Shown here piece after piece: positions 19,624 to 29,408 of a DNA stretch of 64,000 nt. Source of the DNA: Vampirovibrionaceae bacterium NZW_1234 (lineage in GTDB: Bacteria > Cyanobacteriota > Vampirovibrionia > Vampirovibrionales > JAGQHJ01); NCBI GenBank assembly GCA_041697335.1, contig JBGUGD010000030.1, forward strand, positions 160,001 through 224,000, read 5' to 3'. Numbering within the stretch: the first letter of the stretch is position 1; every line of letters starts with the position of its first letter. Below the pieces are notes generated by a model. The model did not search any database and had not been told where the DNA came from. It was given only the letters and a program-made list of their open reading frames with translations. A program made the translations under genes and the position numbers.

Positions 19624-21045
19624 TTAGTTAAAGTGACGGTTTCCGCTGTAGAGCTTGTTTATGAAGTAGGTACGGTTTTGGGCAATCATATTGGCAAAAT
19701 AGTTGGCCGCGCGAGCTTGGATTTTGCGATCGGGATTCAGTAATCCATTCAACGCACTTTGCGAGACACGCTGTTCCCGGTCGGCATGTTTTTCCCCAAA
19801 GGCATCTCGACGAGACAGTTCATAAGCGGTTTCCTCGGCGGCCAGAGCAATCAGCTGGGGAAGATCATCATGTTGGATTTTATCCATCACAATTTGACGG
19901 ATTTTGGGTCGCGCTTTGAAGAGGTCTTCCACACGTTCACGGAAGTTGCCGAATTGATGCGGGGATTCCTGCACCCGTTTGGTTGCGCCGGTGATTTTGG
20001 TGAAGAACAGAATACCCTTCAAGCGAGTTGAGAGGTTTGCTGACTCCAAATTCTCCAGCGCTTCTCGGGTTTGTTGCAGCACGGGAGGTTCTTCATCTGG
20101 CGCGGGGGCGGGTTGAGAAGGATCCTGCAAGGCCTTTATTTCGGCTAACTCACGTGAGGCGAGAAAAGCGGTTTGCGCAACATCCATGCTTTGAATGCCA
20201 AAGTAGCTGGCATGGCGTCTGAACTCAGCTTCTAATGCCTTAGGTCCTTTAAATATACTGTGGATCTGTGTCACGAAGTGGCGGAATCCTTTAATCCATT
20301 GCCCCGAAAAAGTGGTGCCTTGCTCGGGTGTTTCTTTCGCTGTAACGAGGAGAAATTTGGGATTGTTTTTTCGGGCTTGGGACTTAAAAAACTCGGGATA
20401 CAGCTGGGATAAATCACCGGATTTAACAAAAGCTTTCAGGAAAAATTGTGCGGCATCGGCTTGCTCATCCTTATCTTTGGATACCAGGGCATTTAATTTG
20501 TCCATTAATAGAGGGTGTTGGAGTTGAAGAGGGCTGGCTTCACCGGCTTTGACTCCCAAGTCTACAAAGTGGAGAAAGTGGCCCACATGTTTTAAAAACC
20601 CTTTAGCTCCTTGCTGTTCATGGCGGGCCATCGGCAAGGTGGGCTCGTTCATCAGGTTGGTTAATGCCGCTTTAAACGGTTCGTTCTCAGCGGCAATCCG
20701 ATTCAGTGTTTTGGTATAAAATTCCGGCGATTTGGCTTTTTTCAGGTGGTCCATCATGGTTTTGGCTTGGCTCACACCCTGGGCGATACCTGAAAATAAG
20801 GCCTTGATTAGTTTAAAGGGCAAAGCTATTAGCTCATAAATGGCAGAAAAGAACTGTTGAAGAAGCGATGGGGGATTTTGAGCCTGTGAACTCTCAGTAG
20901 CGCCCGTCTTGGTGCGACCAGCAAAACGAATTGAATCAGCAGATGCAGCGGATAAGGTCACCTGGTGTCGGTTTGTCTGTTCAGTCAGGGTTGCACCAAG
21001 CATTCGGCTTGCGTAAGAGGGAGCCAGTCGAAGGGAGTCCACCAT
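19624..21045 (-). CDS. Hypothetical helical protein with RF-motif leader
   Basis: Likely start MVDSLRL at 21045; leader ends DSIRFAG; no recognised domain. Confidence 0.7.
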   Translation of the reverse strand: MVDSLRLAPSYASRMLGATLTEQTNRHQVTLSAASADSIRFAGRTKTGATESSQAQNPPSLLQQFFSAIYELIALPFKLIKALFSGIAQGVSQAKTMMDHLKKAKSPEFYTKTLNRIAAENEPFKAALTNLMNEPTLPMARHEQQGAKGFLKHVGHFLHFVDLGVKAGEASPLQLQHPLLMDKLNALVSKDKDEQADAAQFFLKAFVKSGDLSQLYPEFFKSQARKNNPKFLLVTAKETPEQGTTFSGQWIKGFRHFVTQIHSIFKGPKALEAEFRRHASYFGIQSMDVAQTAFLASRELAEIKALQDPSQPAPAPDEEPPVLQQTREALENLESANLSTRLKGILFFTKITGATKRVQESPHQFGNFRERVEDLFKARPKIRQIVMDKIQHDDLPQLIALAAEETAYELSRRDAFGEKHADREQRVSQSALNGLLNPDRKIQARAANYFANMIAQNRTYFINKLYSGNRHFN

Positions 21046-21173
21046 AGCATGTTCCTTGTTTCCTGAGGCGTGTACCGAGTATAACACCGCTCAAGATAAC
21101 TTTGTGTCGTGTTTTTCGTGAAGCGTTACAGATTGTTAATCAAGTTCAGGAAAGGGTGGTGGTGCGGCGGTAT

Positions 21174-22196
21174 TTAACGTGATGGAGTAACAGGTGTGTT
21201 TACCGCTTGAATAGCGGCCTCTAAAATTGGAATCAACTCGGTTTCCACTTGTTCCGGCGGCTTTGTAATCGTACAGCCCGAGGCCATCTTATGTCCCCCG
21301 CCATTCCAACGTTCTGCAATTTCAGCCACGTTAATGCGGTGATCATCGCTTCGAAGGCTGACTTTGGTCATCCCATCCGGCGTTGCTTTCAGCAGAGCCG
21401 CGACACGAACCGTAGAAATGCGTCGTAAGATATCCACCAAACCTTCAATATGTTCATCGATGGCGCCGGTTTGTGCCAAATCCTCCCGTGAAATAATGAC
21501 CCAGCTTAGGCTGTTGTCGGCATTGAATTTGGCTTTCTGTACACAGGTTGCATGGAGCAAGGCCTGGGACTTGGGCATCACATCATAGATTTGTTTGAAC
21601 AACATTTCAGGGTTGGCCCCGGCATCCACCAGATCGGCTGCTAAGCGGAAAATTTTAGATGTGGTGCTGGAATACTTGAACCCGCCTGTATCCGTCAACA
21701 ACGCGACGTACAAGCAAGCCGCCGTTTCGGGTGTCAACGGAATCTGGTTGGGGGTTAGAAGGTCTGCAACCACTTCCCCACTGGCAGCAGCTTGAGTATC
21801 AATGAGGTTAATATGCCCGAAGCGTTTGTTGCTGACATGGTGATCAATATTGATGGCGCATTTGGCACCCATAAAAAAGTGCTGTGAGCTGCCAAGGCGG
21901 TCTGGGGAGCCACAGTCCAGACAAAAAGACAGATCGTATTGTGCTAACAGGTCTGTTGCTGTATCCGGGTCTTTAATCTCGGACACACCGGGCAGGCCGT
22001 GATAGATATCCGGGATTTTGCCTGAAACAGCGGCATCAATAACGGTTAAATGGGGAAACGCATTTTTCAATGCATGCTTTAGACCCAACATGGATCCCAA
22101 AGTATCACCGTCGGGGCTGACATGGGCGCACAGAAACACAGATTTGGCCTGTAAAATGGCTTCTTTAAATTGGGTAACTTCACTGGGTGTAATCAT
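21174..22196 (-). CDS. nrnA: DHH/DHHA1 oligoribonuclease/pAp phosphatase
   Basis: HVSPDGD, LDC, NIDHH, TDTGGF, KVSLRS, GGGH. Confidence 0.92.
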   Translation of the reverse strand: MITPSEVTQFKEAILQAKSVFLCAHVSPDGDTLGSMLGLKHALKNAFPHLTVIDAAVSGKIPDIYHGLPGVSEIKDPDTATDLLAQYDLSFCLDCGSPDRLGSSQHFFMGAKCAINIDHHVSNKRFGHINLIDTQAAASGEVVADLLTPNQIPLTPETAACLYVALLTDTGGFKYSSTTSKIFRLAADLVDAGANPEMLFKQIYDVMPKSQALLHATCVQKAKFNADNSLSWVIISREDLAQTGAIDEHIEGLVDILRRISTVRVAALLKATPDGMTKVSLRSDDHRINVAEIAERWNGGGHKMASGCTITKPPEQVETELIPILEAAIQAVNTPVTPSR

Positions 22197-22309
22197 CGGT
22201 CAGGTGGTCTTTACTGTTGGGTGGTTCCATGATGGATTACTGTCATGATAACGATGTCTGACGTAAACTGTTCAAGGGTCACCTATCGTGAGACAAGGAT
22301 TATTCTGCC

Positions 22310-23140
22310 ATGAAAGAGCCAGTTGACCAATATGCCCCTAGCGAGCTATCCGGTTTTCGTTCGTTGCTTGGGGTGATTCGAAAATTACGAGACCCGGATG
22401 GAGGCTGTCCATGGGATTTGAAGCAAACCCATCAATCTCTGCGGCCTTATATTTTGGAAGAATCGTATGAATTGGTCGAGGCCATTGATAGTGGCAATGT
22501 GACCCATATTAAAGAAGAACTGGGGGATGTATTACTGCAGGTGGTCTTGCACGCCCAACTGGCGACCGATGCGGGTCAGTTTACAGCGGATGAGGTGGCT
22601 TCAGCCATTGCCGAAAAACTGGTTCGGCGTCATCCTCACGTGTTTGGTGATGTTTCTGTGGCCAATGCCGAAGAGGTGACCAAAAACTGGGAAGCCATTA
22701 AAGCCCAGGAAAAGGGTGATGTGCCAACGAGCGCCATGGATGATGTCCCTAAGGGTATTCCGGCGTTAAGCCGAGCGCTCAAGGTTTCTAAAAAAGCGGT
22801 TAAACAAGGGTTCGAGTGGCCTGATTTTGACTCTTTATGGGCCTGTGTGATGTCAGAGTTCGATGAGTTTCGTCAGGAGTTGGATCAAGATGCACCCTTC
22901 GAGCGTTTGGAAGATGAGTTGGGGGATATTCTTTTTGCTACGGTGAACTTGGCCCGATTCAACGGCATTGATCCCGAAGTGGCTTTGACGAAGGCCACGA
23001 ATAAATTTATGCGCCGCTATCGAACTATGGAGTCGTTAAGCGATAAACCCTTATCCGAGCAACCCTTCGAGACGCTGGATGCCTTATGGAACGAGGCTAA
23101 GGTCGTTTGTCGGTCAGAATCTTCCATTTCATCATCCTAG
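22310..23140 (+). CDS. mazG: Nucleoside triphosphate pyrophosphohydrolase
   Basis: GCPWD..QT, EELGDVLLQVV, RRHPHVF, second domain EDELGDILF. Confidence 0.95.
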   Translation: MKEPVDQYAPSELSGFRSLLGVIRKLRDPDGGCPWDLKQTHQSLRPYILEESYELVEAIDSGNVTHIKEELGDVLLQVVLHAQLATDAGQFTADEVASAIAEKLVRRHPHVFGDVSVANAEEVTKNWEAIKAQEKGDVPTSAMDDVPKGIPALSRALKVSKKAVKQGFEWPDFDSLWACVMSEFDEFRQELDQDAPFERLEDELGDILFATVNLARFNGIDPEVALTKATNKFMRRYRTMESLSDKPLSEQPFETLDALWNEAKVVCRSESSISSS

Positions 23141-23280
23141 AGCGTTTGCCGATGGCCTTTGAACCCTAATTGGTGGATCTTTGGGTCGCGCATCGACATG
23201 AACCATTGCCCCTGTTATAATGCTCGCGTTCTCCGGTTGACACTGATTTCGATGGGTATATAGCATCGTATGAGGCTCTC

Positions 23281-24891
23281 ATGGACGTATTAGCCACGAC
23301 TATTCAGACTTCTGATCCCGTTTTTCAAGAAAACCAGGCGTTTATGCAAACTCAGGTGGCTGAGTTATCTGCTCGTGTTGCCAAAGCCAAACAAGGTGGT
23401 GGAGAAGAGGCCATCGCCCGTCATAAAAAGCGGGGCAAGCTTTTGGCAAGAGAACGAATCGATGCGTTGGTGGATCCGAATACCCCCTTTTTGGAGCTTA
23501 GCCCCCTTGCAGCATATGAGATGTACAACAACGATGCTCCTGCTGCGGGCATTGTTACCGGGATTGGGGTTGTCCATGGCCGAGAAGTTCTCGTTGTTGC
23601 CAACGATGCCACCGTGAAGGGCGGCACCTATTATCCAATCACCGTGAAAAAACACCTTCGGGCGCAAGAAATTGCGCAGGAAAACCACCTGCCCTGTGTG
23701 TATCTGGTTGACTCGGGGGGCGCATTTTTGCCCCTGCAAGCCGATGTTTTTCCGGATAAAGAGCACTTTGGTCGCATTTTCTTTAACCAAGCCCAAATGT
23801 CAGCGGCTGGCATTCCGCAAATTGCTGTGGTTCTGGGTTCATGTACTGCGGGCGGGGCTTACGTTCCTGCCATGAGCGATGAGTCGGTGATTGTCCGGAA
23901 TCAAGGAACCATTTTCTTGGGGGGGCCTCCCTTGGTGAAGGCGGCAACCGGAGAAGAGGTTTCGGCTGAAGACTTGGGCGGGGCGGATGTCCATTGCCGC
24001 ACGTCTGGCGTAACAGATCACTATGCCCAGAATGATGAAGATGCCCTGGCCATTACACGCAATATCTTGCAAAATCTCAACCCTAAGCCCAAGCACGTTT
24101 TGGATATTCAGCCTCCTCGGGATCCTCTGTATGATCCGAAGGAAATTTACGGCATTATTCAAAAAGATATTCGTAAGCCCTATGATGTTCGGGAAATTAT
24201 TGCCCGCATTGTGGATGGCAGTGAGTTTCATGAGTTCAAAGCCCTGTATGGTCAGACTTTGGTCTGTGGTTTTGCCCGCATTTGGGGCTACCCTGTGGGC
24301 ATTCTGGCAAATAATGGGGTATTGTTCTCTGAAAGCGCTTTAAAGGCAGCACACTTTATTGAATTGTGCAGCCAGCGCGGGATTCCGTTGGTCTTTTTGC
24401 AGAATATTACCGGCTTTATGGTGGGGCGTCAGTTTGAGTCCGGTGGGATTGCCAAAGATGGTGCCAAAATGGTTCAGGCTGTCTCTAATGCGGCTGTGCC
24501 GAAGTTTACGGTTATTATTGGCGGTTCTTATGGGGCGGGCAATTATGGGATGTGCGGGCGAGCCTATGGGCCCCGCCAGTTATGGATGTGGCCGAACGCC
24601 AAGATTTCGGTGATGGGGGGCGAACAGGCCGCCAATGTCTTGTTGACGGTAAAAAAGGATCAACGGGTTGCCAAAGGGGAGGCACCCATGACACCGGAAG
24701 AAGAAGAGGCCTTTAAGCAACCCACACTGGATAAATATGCCCATGAAGGCAGTGCCTATTATAGTACGGCTCGGCTCTGGGATGATGGGGTGATTGATCC
24801 GGTAGATACACGCATGGTTCTGGCATTGGGAATTTCAGCCTCGTTGAATGCCCCGTTCCCGGCGCGTCGCACGGGTGTGTTTCGGATGTAG
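23281..24891 (+). CDS. liuB: Methylcrotonyl-CoA carboxylase beta (carboxyltransferase) subunit
   Basis: [60 protein letters not shown]. Confidence 0.93.
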   Translation: MDVLATTIQTSDPVFQENQAFMQTQVAELSARVAKAKQGGGEEAIARHKKRGKLLARERIDALVDPNTPFLELSPLAAYEMYNNDAPAAGIVTGIGVVHGREVLVVANDATVKGGTYYPITVKKHLRAQEIAQENHLPCVYLVDSGGAFLPLQADVFPDKEHFGRIFFNQAQMSAAGIPQIAVVLGSCTAGGAYVPAMSDESVIVRNQGTIFLGGPPLVKAATGEEVSAEDLGGADVHCRTSGVTDHYAQNDEDALAITRNILQNLNPKPKHVLDIQPPRDPLYDPKEIYGIIQKDIRKPYDVREIIARIVDGSEFHEFKALYGQTLVCGFARIWGYPVGILANNGVLFSESALKAAHFIELCSQRGIPLVFLQNITGFMVGRQFESGGIAKDGAKMVQAVSNAAVPKFTVIIGGSYGAGNYGMCGRAYGPRQLWMWPNAKISVMGGEQAANVLLTVKKDQRVAKGEAPMTPEEEEAFKQPTLDKYAHEGSAYYSTARLWDDGVIDPVDTRMVLALGISASLNAPFPARRTGVFRM

Positions 24892-24907
24892 AGAAAGGAC
24901 AGGGTCT

Positions 24908-25714
24908 ATGTCACAGCTGATTCGAATTGAGGTTACGTATCCGACAGCCAGGGTGATTTTGGCTCGGCCGGAACTTCACAATGCGTTTAACGATGCGATG
25001 ATTTCGGATTTGGATTCGGCATTTCAATGTTTAGGCCAAGATCCTCAGGTACGGGCCATTATTCTGGCTGCTGAAGGCAAGTCATTTTGTGCCGGGGCTG
25101 ACTTGAACTGGATGAAGTCGATGTTGGATTACACCTTTGATGAAAATGTGGCCGATGCACATCGCTTGGCGACGATGTTGCGGACCATTGCCGAGTGTCC
25201 CAAGCCTGTTATTGGGAGGATTCATGGGCCTGCCTTTGGCGGGGGCGTCGGGTTGACCAGTGTGTGTGATATGGCGGTTGCCGTTGCTTCTGCTTCCTTT
25301 TGTTTGAGTGAAGTGAAGCTGGGGCTTTTGCCGGCTGTGATATCGCCCTTTGTGTTGGCAAAAATGCCTGTGGCCCAAGCACATCGATATTTTCTAACAG
25401 CCGAGCGCTTTAGTGCCCAAGAGGCACATCGTATCGGGTTGATTTCGGCCGTGGTGGCTGATGAGGCTGAACTGGACAGCACCATTGATGGCTGGGTGAA
25501 GGCTATCTGTCAGAATGGCCCGGAGGCAGTGGCCTTGTGCAAGACACTCATTCATGAGGTTTCCGAGCGGGACTTGGATGACGCAATTACGCTTGCGACT
25601 CATCGTATTGCCGATCGGCGGATCAGTGAGGAAGGTCAGGAAGGCATGCGGGCTTTCTTGGAAAAGCGGCCGAGTCGATGGGTGGCTGTGGAGCCCGGGG
25701 CCCATGTTTCGTAA
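24908..25714 (+). CDS. liuC: Methylglutaconyl-CoA hydratase (crotonase family)
   Basis: RPELHNAFN, FCAGADL, AFGGGVG, SEVKLG, EGQEGMRAFLEKR; operon context. Confidence 0.85.
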   Translation: MSQLIRIEVTYPTARVILARPELHNAFNDAMISDLDSAFQCLGQDPQVRAIILAAEGKSFCAGADLNWMKSMLDYTFDENVADAHRLATMLRTIAECPKPVIGRIHGPAFGGGVGLTSVCDMAVAVASASFCLSEVKLGLLPAVISPFVLAKMPVAQAHRYFLTAERFSAQEAHRIGLISAVVADEAELDSTIDGWVKAICQNGPEAVALCKTLIHEVSERDLDDAITLATHRIADRRISEEGQEGMRAFLEKRPSRWVAVEPGAHVS

Positions 25715-27203
25715 GGTTTTAATTGCCAATCGCGGGGAAATTGCCGTTCGCGTCACTCGAACCCTTCAAGAAATGGGGATAGCTGCTGTTGCTGTTTATT
25801 CCGATATGGACGCTGAATCGCCGCATGTGCTTGGGGCGGATGAGGCTTATTCTCTCGGTGGCAATACGCCAGCGGAATCTTATTTGCGTGTGGATAAACT
25901 GATGGCCATTGCCAAATCTGCTGGGGTGGATGCGGTTCATCCAGGCTATGGGTTTTTATCGGAAAATGCGGCCTTTGCAACGGCATGCCAGGAAAACGGC
26001 ATTACCTTCATCGGTCCTACTCCAGACGTTATTTCCGCCATGGGCGATAAGATCATTGCCAAAAAGACCATGGAAGAGGCAGGGGTTCCCGTGGTTCCCG
26101 GATGGACAGGCGATGTAAGTCAAATTGAGGAAATTCGTCAGGTTGCCGATGAGATTGGGTATCCTGTTCTGGTGAAAGCGGCTGCCGGCGGTGGTGGCAA
26201 AGGCATGCGTCTGGTTCAAGAGCCTGCCCAGTTGGTGTCTGCTTTGGAAGGGGCGGCTCGGGAGGCGGAAAAAGCCTTTGGAGATGGCCGGATCTTTTTA
26301 GAAAAATACATCACCCGGCCTCGCCACATCGAATTTCAGATCTTCGGTGATACCCATGGCAATGTGGTTCATTTGTTTGAGCGAGAATGCTCCATTCAGC
26401 GTCGTCACCAGAAGATTATCGAAGAATCCCCGGCACCGGGCTTAAGCCCTGAAGTACGTGAGGCCATGGGGAAAGCAGCTGTCGCAGCAGCCAAGGCGAT
26501 TGGCTATACCAACGCCGGGACCGTTGAATTTATCGTAGATGATCAGAACCGGTTCTATTTTTTAGAAGTCAACACCCGTCTTCAGGTTGAGCATCCTATT
26601 ACGGAGCTTGTGATTCGCCAGGATTTGGTGCGAGCCCAGTTGACGGTGGCGATGGGACATCCGTTGCCCTTTACTCAGAGGGATATTGTTCAGGATGGGC
26701 ATGCCATCGAATGTCGCATTTATGCGGAGGATCCGGATAACCAGTTTTTACCCTCCACAGGAACATTGCAGCTGTATCGGGAGCCCCATGGTCCTGGAAT
26801 TCGGGTGGATAGCGGTGTTCGCCAAGGCTCTGCCGTCACAATTCATTATGACCCCATGCTTTCTAAGTTGATCGTTTGGGCCAAAGATCGCACGGCAGCG
26901 TTAGCCAAAATGGTTTGGGCCCTAAAGCACTATCCGATTCTGGGGGTGACCACCAATACGGCGTTCTTACGGGACATCTTACTCCATGAGGCATTTGTGC
27001 AAGGTGATATTGATACCCATTTCCTGGAGCGCTATCCCGCAGCTTCCTTACGGCAGCCTGCACAACAACAAGACCTGGCATTGGCCATGGCGGCTGTGGC
27101 TCTAGAGCGTCCCATCGGTATGGGGCAAGCCCTATCGCAGGGTTCGGATAATTTGGCGGTAATCCAGGATCCCTGGGTCACGGCCGGGGCTTGGCGAGGT
27201 TAG
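25704..27203 (+). CDS. liuD: Methylcrotonyl-CoA carboxylase alpha subunit, biotin carboxylase part
   Basis: KVLIANRGEIA, HPGYGFLSEN, GGGGKGMR, RECSIQRRHQK, EVNTRLQVEHP; lacks a biotinyl domain. Confidence 0.88.
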   Translation: MFRKVLIANRGEIAVRVTRTLQEMGIAAVAVYSDMDAESPHVLGADEAYSLGGNTPAESYLRVDKLMAIAKSAGVDAVHPGYGFLSENAAFATACQENGITFIGPTPDVISAMGDKIIAKKTMEEAGVPVVPGWTGDVSQIEEIRQVADEIGYPVLVKAAAGGGGKGMRLVQEPAQLVSALEGAAREAEKAFGDGRIFLEKYITRPRHIEFQIFGDTHGNVVHLFERECSIQRRHQKIIEESPAPGLSPEVREAMGKAAVAAAKAIGYTNAGTVEFIVDDQNRFYFLEVNTRLQVEHPITELVIRQDLVRAQLTVAMGHPLPFTQRDIVQDGHAIECRIYAEDPDNQFLPSTGTLQLYREPHGPGIRVDSGVRQGSAVTIHYDPMLSKLIVWAKDRTAALAKMVWALKHYPILGVTTNTAFLRDILLHEAFVQGDIDTHFLERYPAASLRQPAQQQDLALAMAAVALERPIGMGQALSQGSDNLAVIQDPWVTAGAWRG

Positions 27204-27208
27204 GGAAG

Positions 27209-27751
27209 ATGGCAAATGTGACTTTGATTTCGGCAAGAGATGCCTCTTCTCATCAGGTGGTCTGTGAACGGCTCCCTGAAGGAACAGTCCGGGTTCGTCT
27301 TGAGGATAGGGAGCTTGAGCTCTGGGTTCATTGGGACACTCCAACCTGGGGATGGGCCAGGAATCTACAAACAGGGGAAGTCCATGCCGTTGGGTGTGTG
27401 ATCCAGGAGGATGAGGTCTATCTCTGGCTGGATGGGGGTACCTATCGGTTTACACGTCAATCTCCCCAAGCAAAACGGCGTCAGGGAGGAGCGGCCGGTG
27501 GGCCTGCTTCAGGGGATGTGAAAGCCCCAATGCCTGGCGCTATTTTGAAGGTTTTGGTTTCTGAAGGTGAGACTGTGGAGGCCAATACACCCCTTGTTTT
27601 GATGGAGTCCATGAAAATGGAAATGTCACTGACAGCCCCCATTGCAGGGGTGGTGAGCGCTGTGGCGTGTTCTCCCGGTCAAATGGTTGAAATGAATATG
27701 GTCCTCATTCAACTCAGACAGGAGGGAGCGGATGGTTCTGAAAACGCCTAA
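27209..27751 (+). CDS. Biotin carboxyl carrier protein with N-terminal BT-like domain
   Basis: KAPMPG and ESMKME biotinylation motif. Confidence 0.88.
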   Translation: MANVTLISARDASSHQVVCERLPEGTVRVRLEDRELELWVHWDTPTWGWARNLQTGEVHAVGCVIQEDEVYLWLDGGTYRFTRQSPQAKRRQGGAAGGPASGDVKAPMPGAILKVLVSEGETVEANTPLVLMESMKMEMSLTAPIAGVVSAVACSPGQMVEMNMVLIQLRQEGADGSENA

Positions 27752-28658
27752 GGCCGTTCAAATTGTTGAAGTTGGGCCTCGTGACGGCCTGCAGAATGAA
27801 TCAGCGGTGATTCCCGTTTCGGAAAAATTGGCCTTTATTGATCTTTTGGCCCAAAGTGGGTTGAGCCAGATTGAAATCACGTCTTTTGTCCATCCAAAGC
27901 GGATTCCACAGCTTGCGGATGCCATGGACGTATGCCAAGGTGTTGTTCCTCGAGATGGTTTGGTTTATTCGGCCTTGGTACCCAATATGAAGGGCCTGGA
28001 ACGTGCCATTGAGGCCGGTATCAATCGTATTGCCGTCTTTACGGCTGCGTCTGAAACGTTTACGCAAAAGAACATTAATATGTCCATCCAAGAGTCTTTG
28101 GACACCTTTCAGCCCGTGGTTGAGGCTGCTTTAAATCACGGGATGTCCGTTCGGGGCTATGTTTCGACCTGTTTTGTCTGCCCATATGAAGGGGATGTGG
28201 CTCCTGAGAAGGTGGCCTCCGTTACGCAAGCCCTTGTTGCCATGGGCATTGATGAGGTGTCTTTGGGCGATACGATCGGGGCTGCTGCCCCGACGGATGT
28301 CTACCAGGTGTTGGAACCCCTGATGGCCTTGGTGCCGGTTGAAAAGCTTGCGTTGCATTTTCATGATACCTATGGGACGGCTTTAGCCAATGTGGTGGCG
28401 GGTTTGGAGTTGGGTGTCACGACCTTTGACTCCTCTGCAGGTGGCTTGGGGGGCTGTCCCTATGCTCCCGGGGCATCCGGGAATCTTGCAACCGAAGACC
28501 TGGTCTACCTGTTATCGCGAATGGGGATTCACACGGGGGTGAATTTAGAGGCCCTGGCAAACGCCTCTCGCCGAATACAACGTGTTCTGAATCGCTCTCT
28601 TCCCAGTAAGCAGTTACAGCGTTTGGCGGCCTGTGATGTGCCGCAACCGGTGGAATGA
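27732..28658 (+). CDS. liuE: Hydroxymethylglutaryl-CoA lyase
   Basis: EVGPRDGLQNE, LGDTIG, HFHDTYG, GLGGCPYAPGASGN. Confidence 0.93.
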   Translation: MVLKTPKAVQIVEVGPRDGLQNESAVIPVSEKLAFIDLLAQSGLSQIEITSFVHPKRIPQLADAMDVCQGVVPRDGLVYSALVPNMKGLERAIEAGINRIAVFTAASETFTQKNINMSIQESLDTFQPVVEAALNHGMSVRGYVSTCFVCPYEGDVAPEKVASVTQALVAMGIDEVSLGDTIGAAAPTDVYQVLEPLMALVPVEKLALHFHDTYGTALANVVAGLELGVTTFDSSAGGLGGCPYAPGASGNLATEDLVYLLSRMGIHTGVNLEALANASRRIQRVLNRSLPSKQLQRLAACDVPQPVE

Positions 28659-29287
28659 CCTTAGATCTGCCCCCCGGTTTTTGGCTGGACTCGGTGGATT
28701 CCACCCAAGATGAAGCGCGTCGCCTGATTGCCGCAGGTCGGATTTCTGGAACGGCCTTTGTTTATGCCAGTCATCAAACTGCCGGGCGAGGGACCAAGGG
28801 GCGGGTCTGGTCTTCTCCGAAAGATCGGGGTGTGTACCTGTCGGTGGTCCATCGAGCCCCTCAAAATGAGGGGTTTGTGGTAACCCCCATCTATACCATG
28901 GCTGCCGGGGTGGCGTGTGTTGAAGCCTTATTGGCTACGACAGGGGTTAAAGTCGCTTTAAAGCCCATTAATGATTTATATGTCGATGGCCAAAAACTCG
29001 GGGGTATCCTGGTAGAAAGTGATGTTGCTTCCTACGGCTTGACTTCCCTCATTACCGGCATTGGAATTAACACTCATACTGAATACCATACGCTGGATCG
29101 GCCGGTGGTCACGCCCGTGGCGCTGGAAGCGCTGATGGCTCCGGACGCTTTTTTAGCCTTAAACCTCGATACTGTTGTGGAAACCCTAGTAGCCAAAGTT
29201 TGTTTTTGGTACGGCTTGGTTTTTAGTGGGCAGGAAGGCCAGGTTAGCCGGGCCTGGGAGCGTCATGTGTTGCCTGAATTAGCCTAG
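28655..29287 (+). CDS. birA: Biotin--protein ligase (no HTH domain)
   Basis: DSTQDEA, QTAGRG, WSSP, NDLYVDGQKLGGILVE, GIGIN. Confidence 0.85.
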   Translation: MTLDLPPGFWLDSVDSTQDEARRLIAAGRISGTAFVYASHQTAGRGTKGRVWSSPKDRGVYLSVVHRAPQNEGFVVTPIYTMAAGVACVEALLATTGVKVALKPINDLYVDGQKLGGILVESDVASYGLTSLITGIGINTHTEYHTLDRPVVTPVALEALMAPDAFLALNLDTVVETLVAKVCFWYGLVFSGQEGQVSRAWERHVLPELA

Positions 29288-29408
29288 GTTCTGTCTTTTC
29301 CTTTGAACGATTTTGAATGTAAATTTCGCTGATTGAGATGAATGGTTCTCCCTTTGGTCTAAGACAGCTATAATATAAACGATAGCGTGAATGAGGCCTG
29401 AACGTTCC

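Noticed and set aside
25515..25703. Long N-terminal extensions on liuD, liuC, bioB and leuS in the ORF track as further leaders
   Set aside because: They overlap upstream genes or lie before a clear RBS, so they are start-calling artefacts, unlike the operon leaders whose starts abut the upstream stop codons
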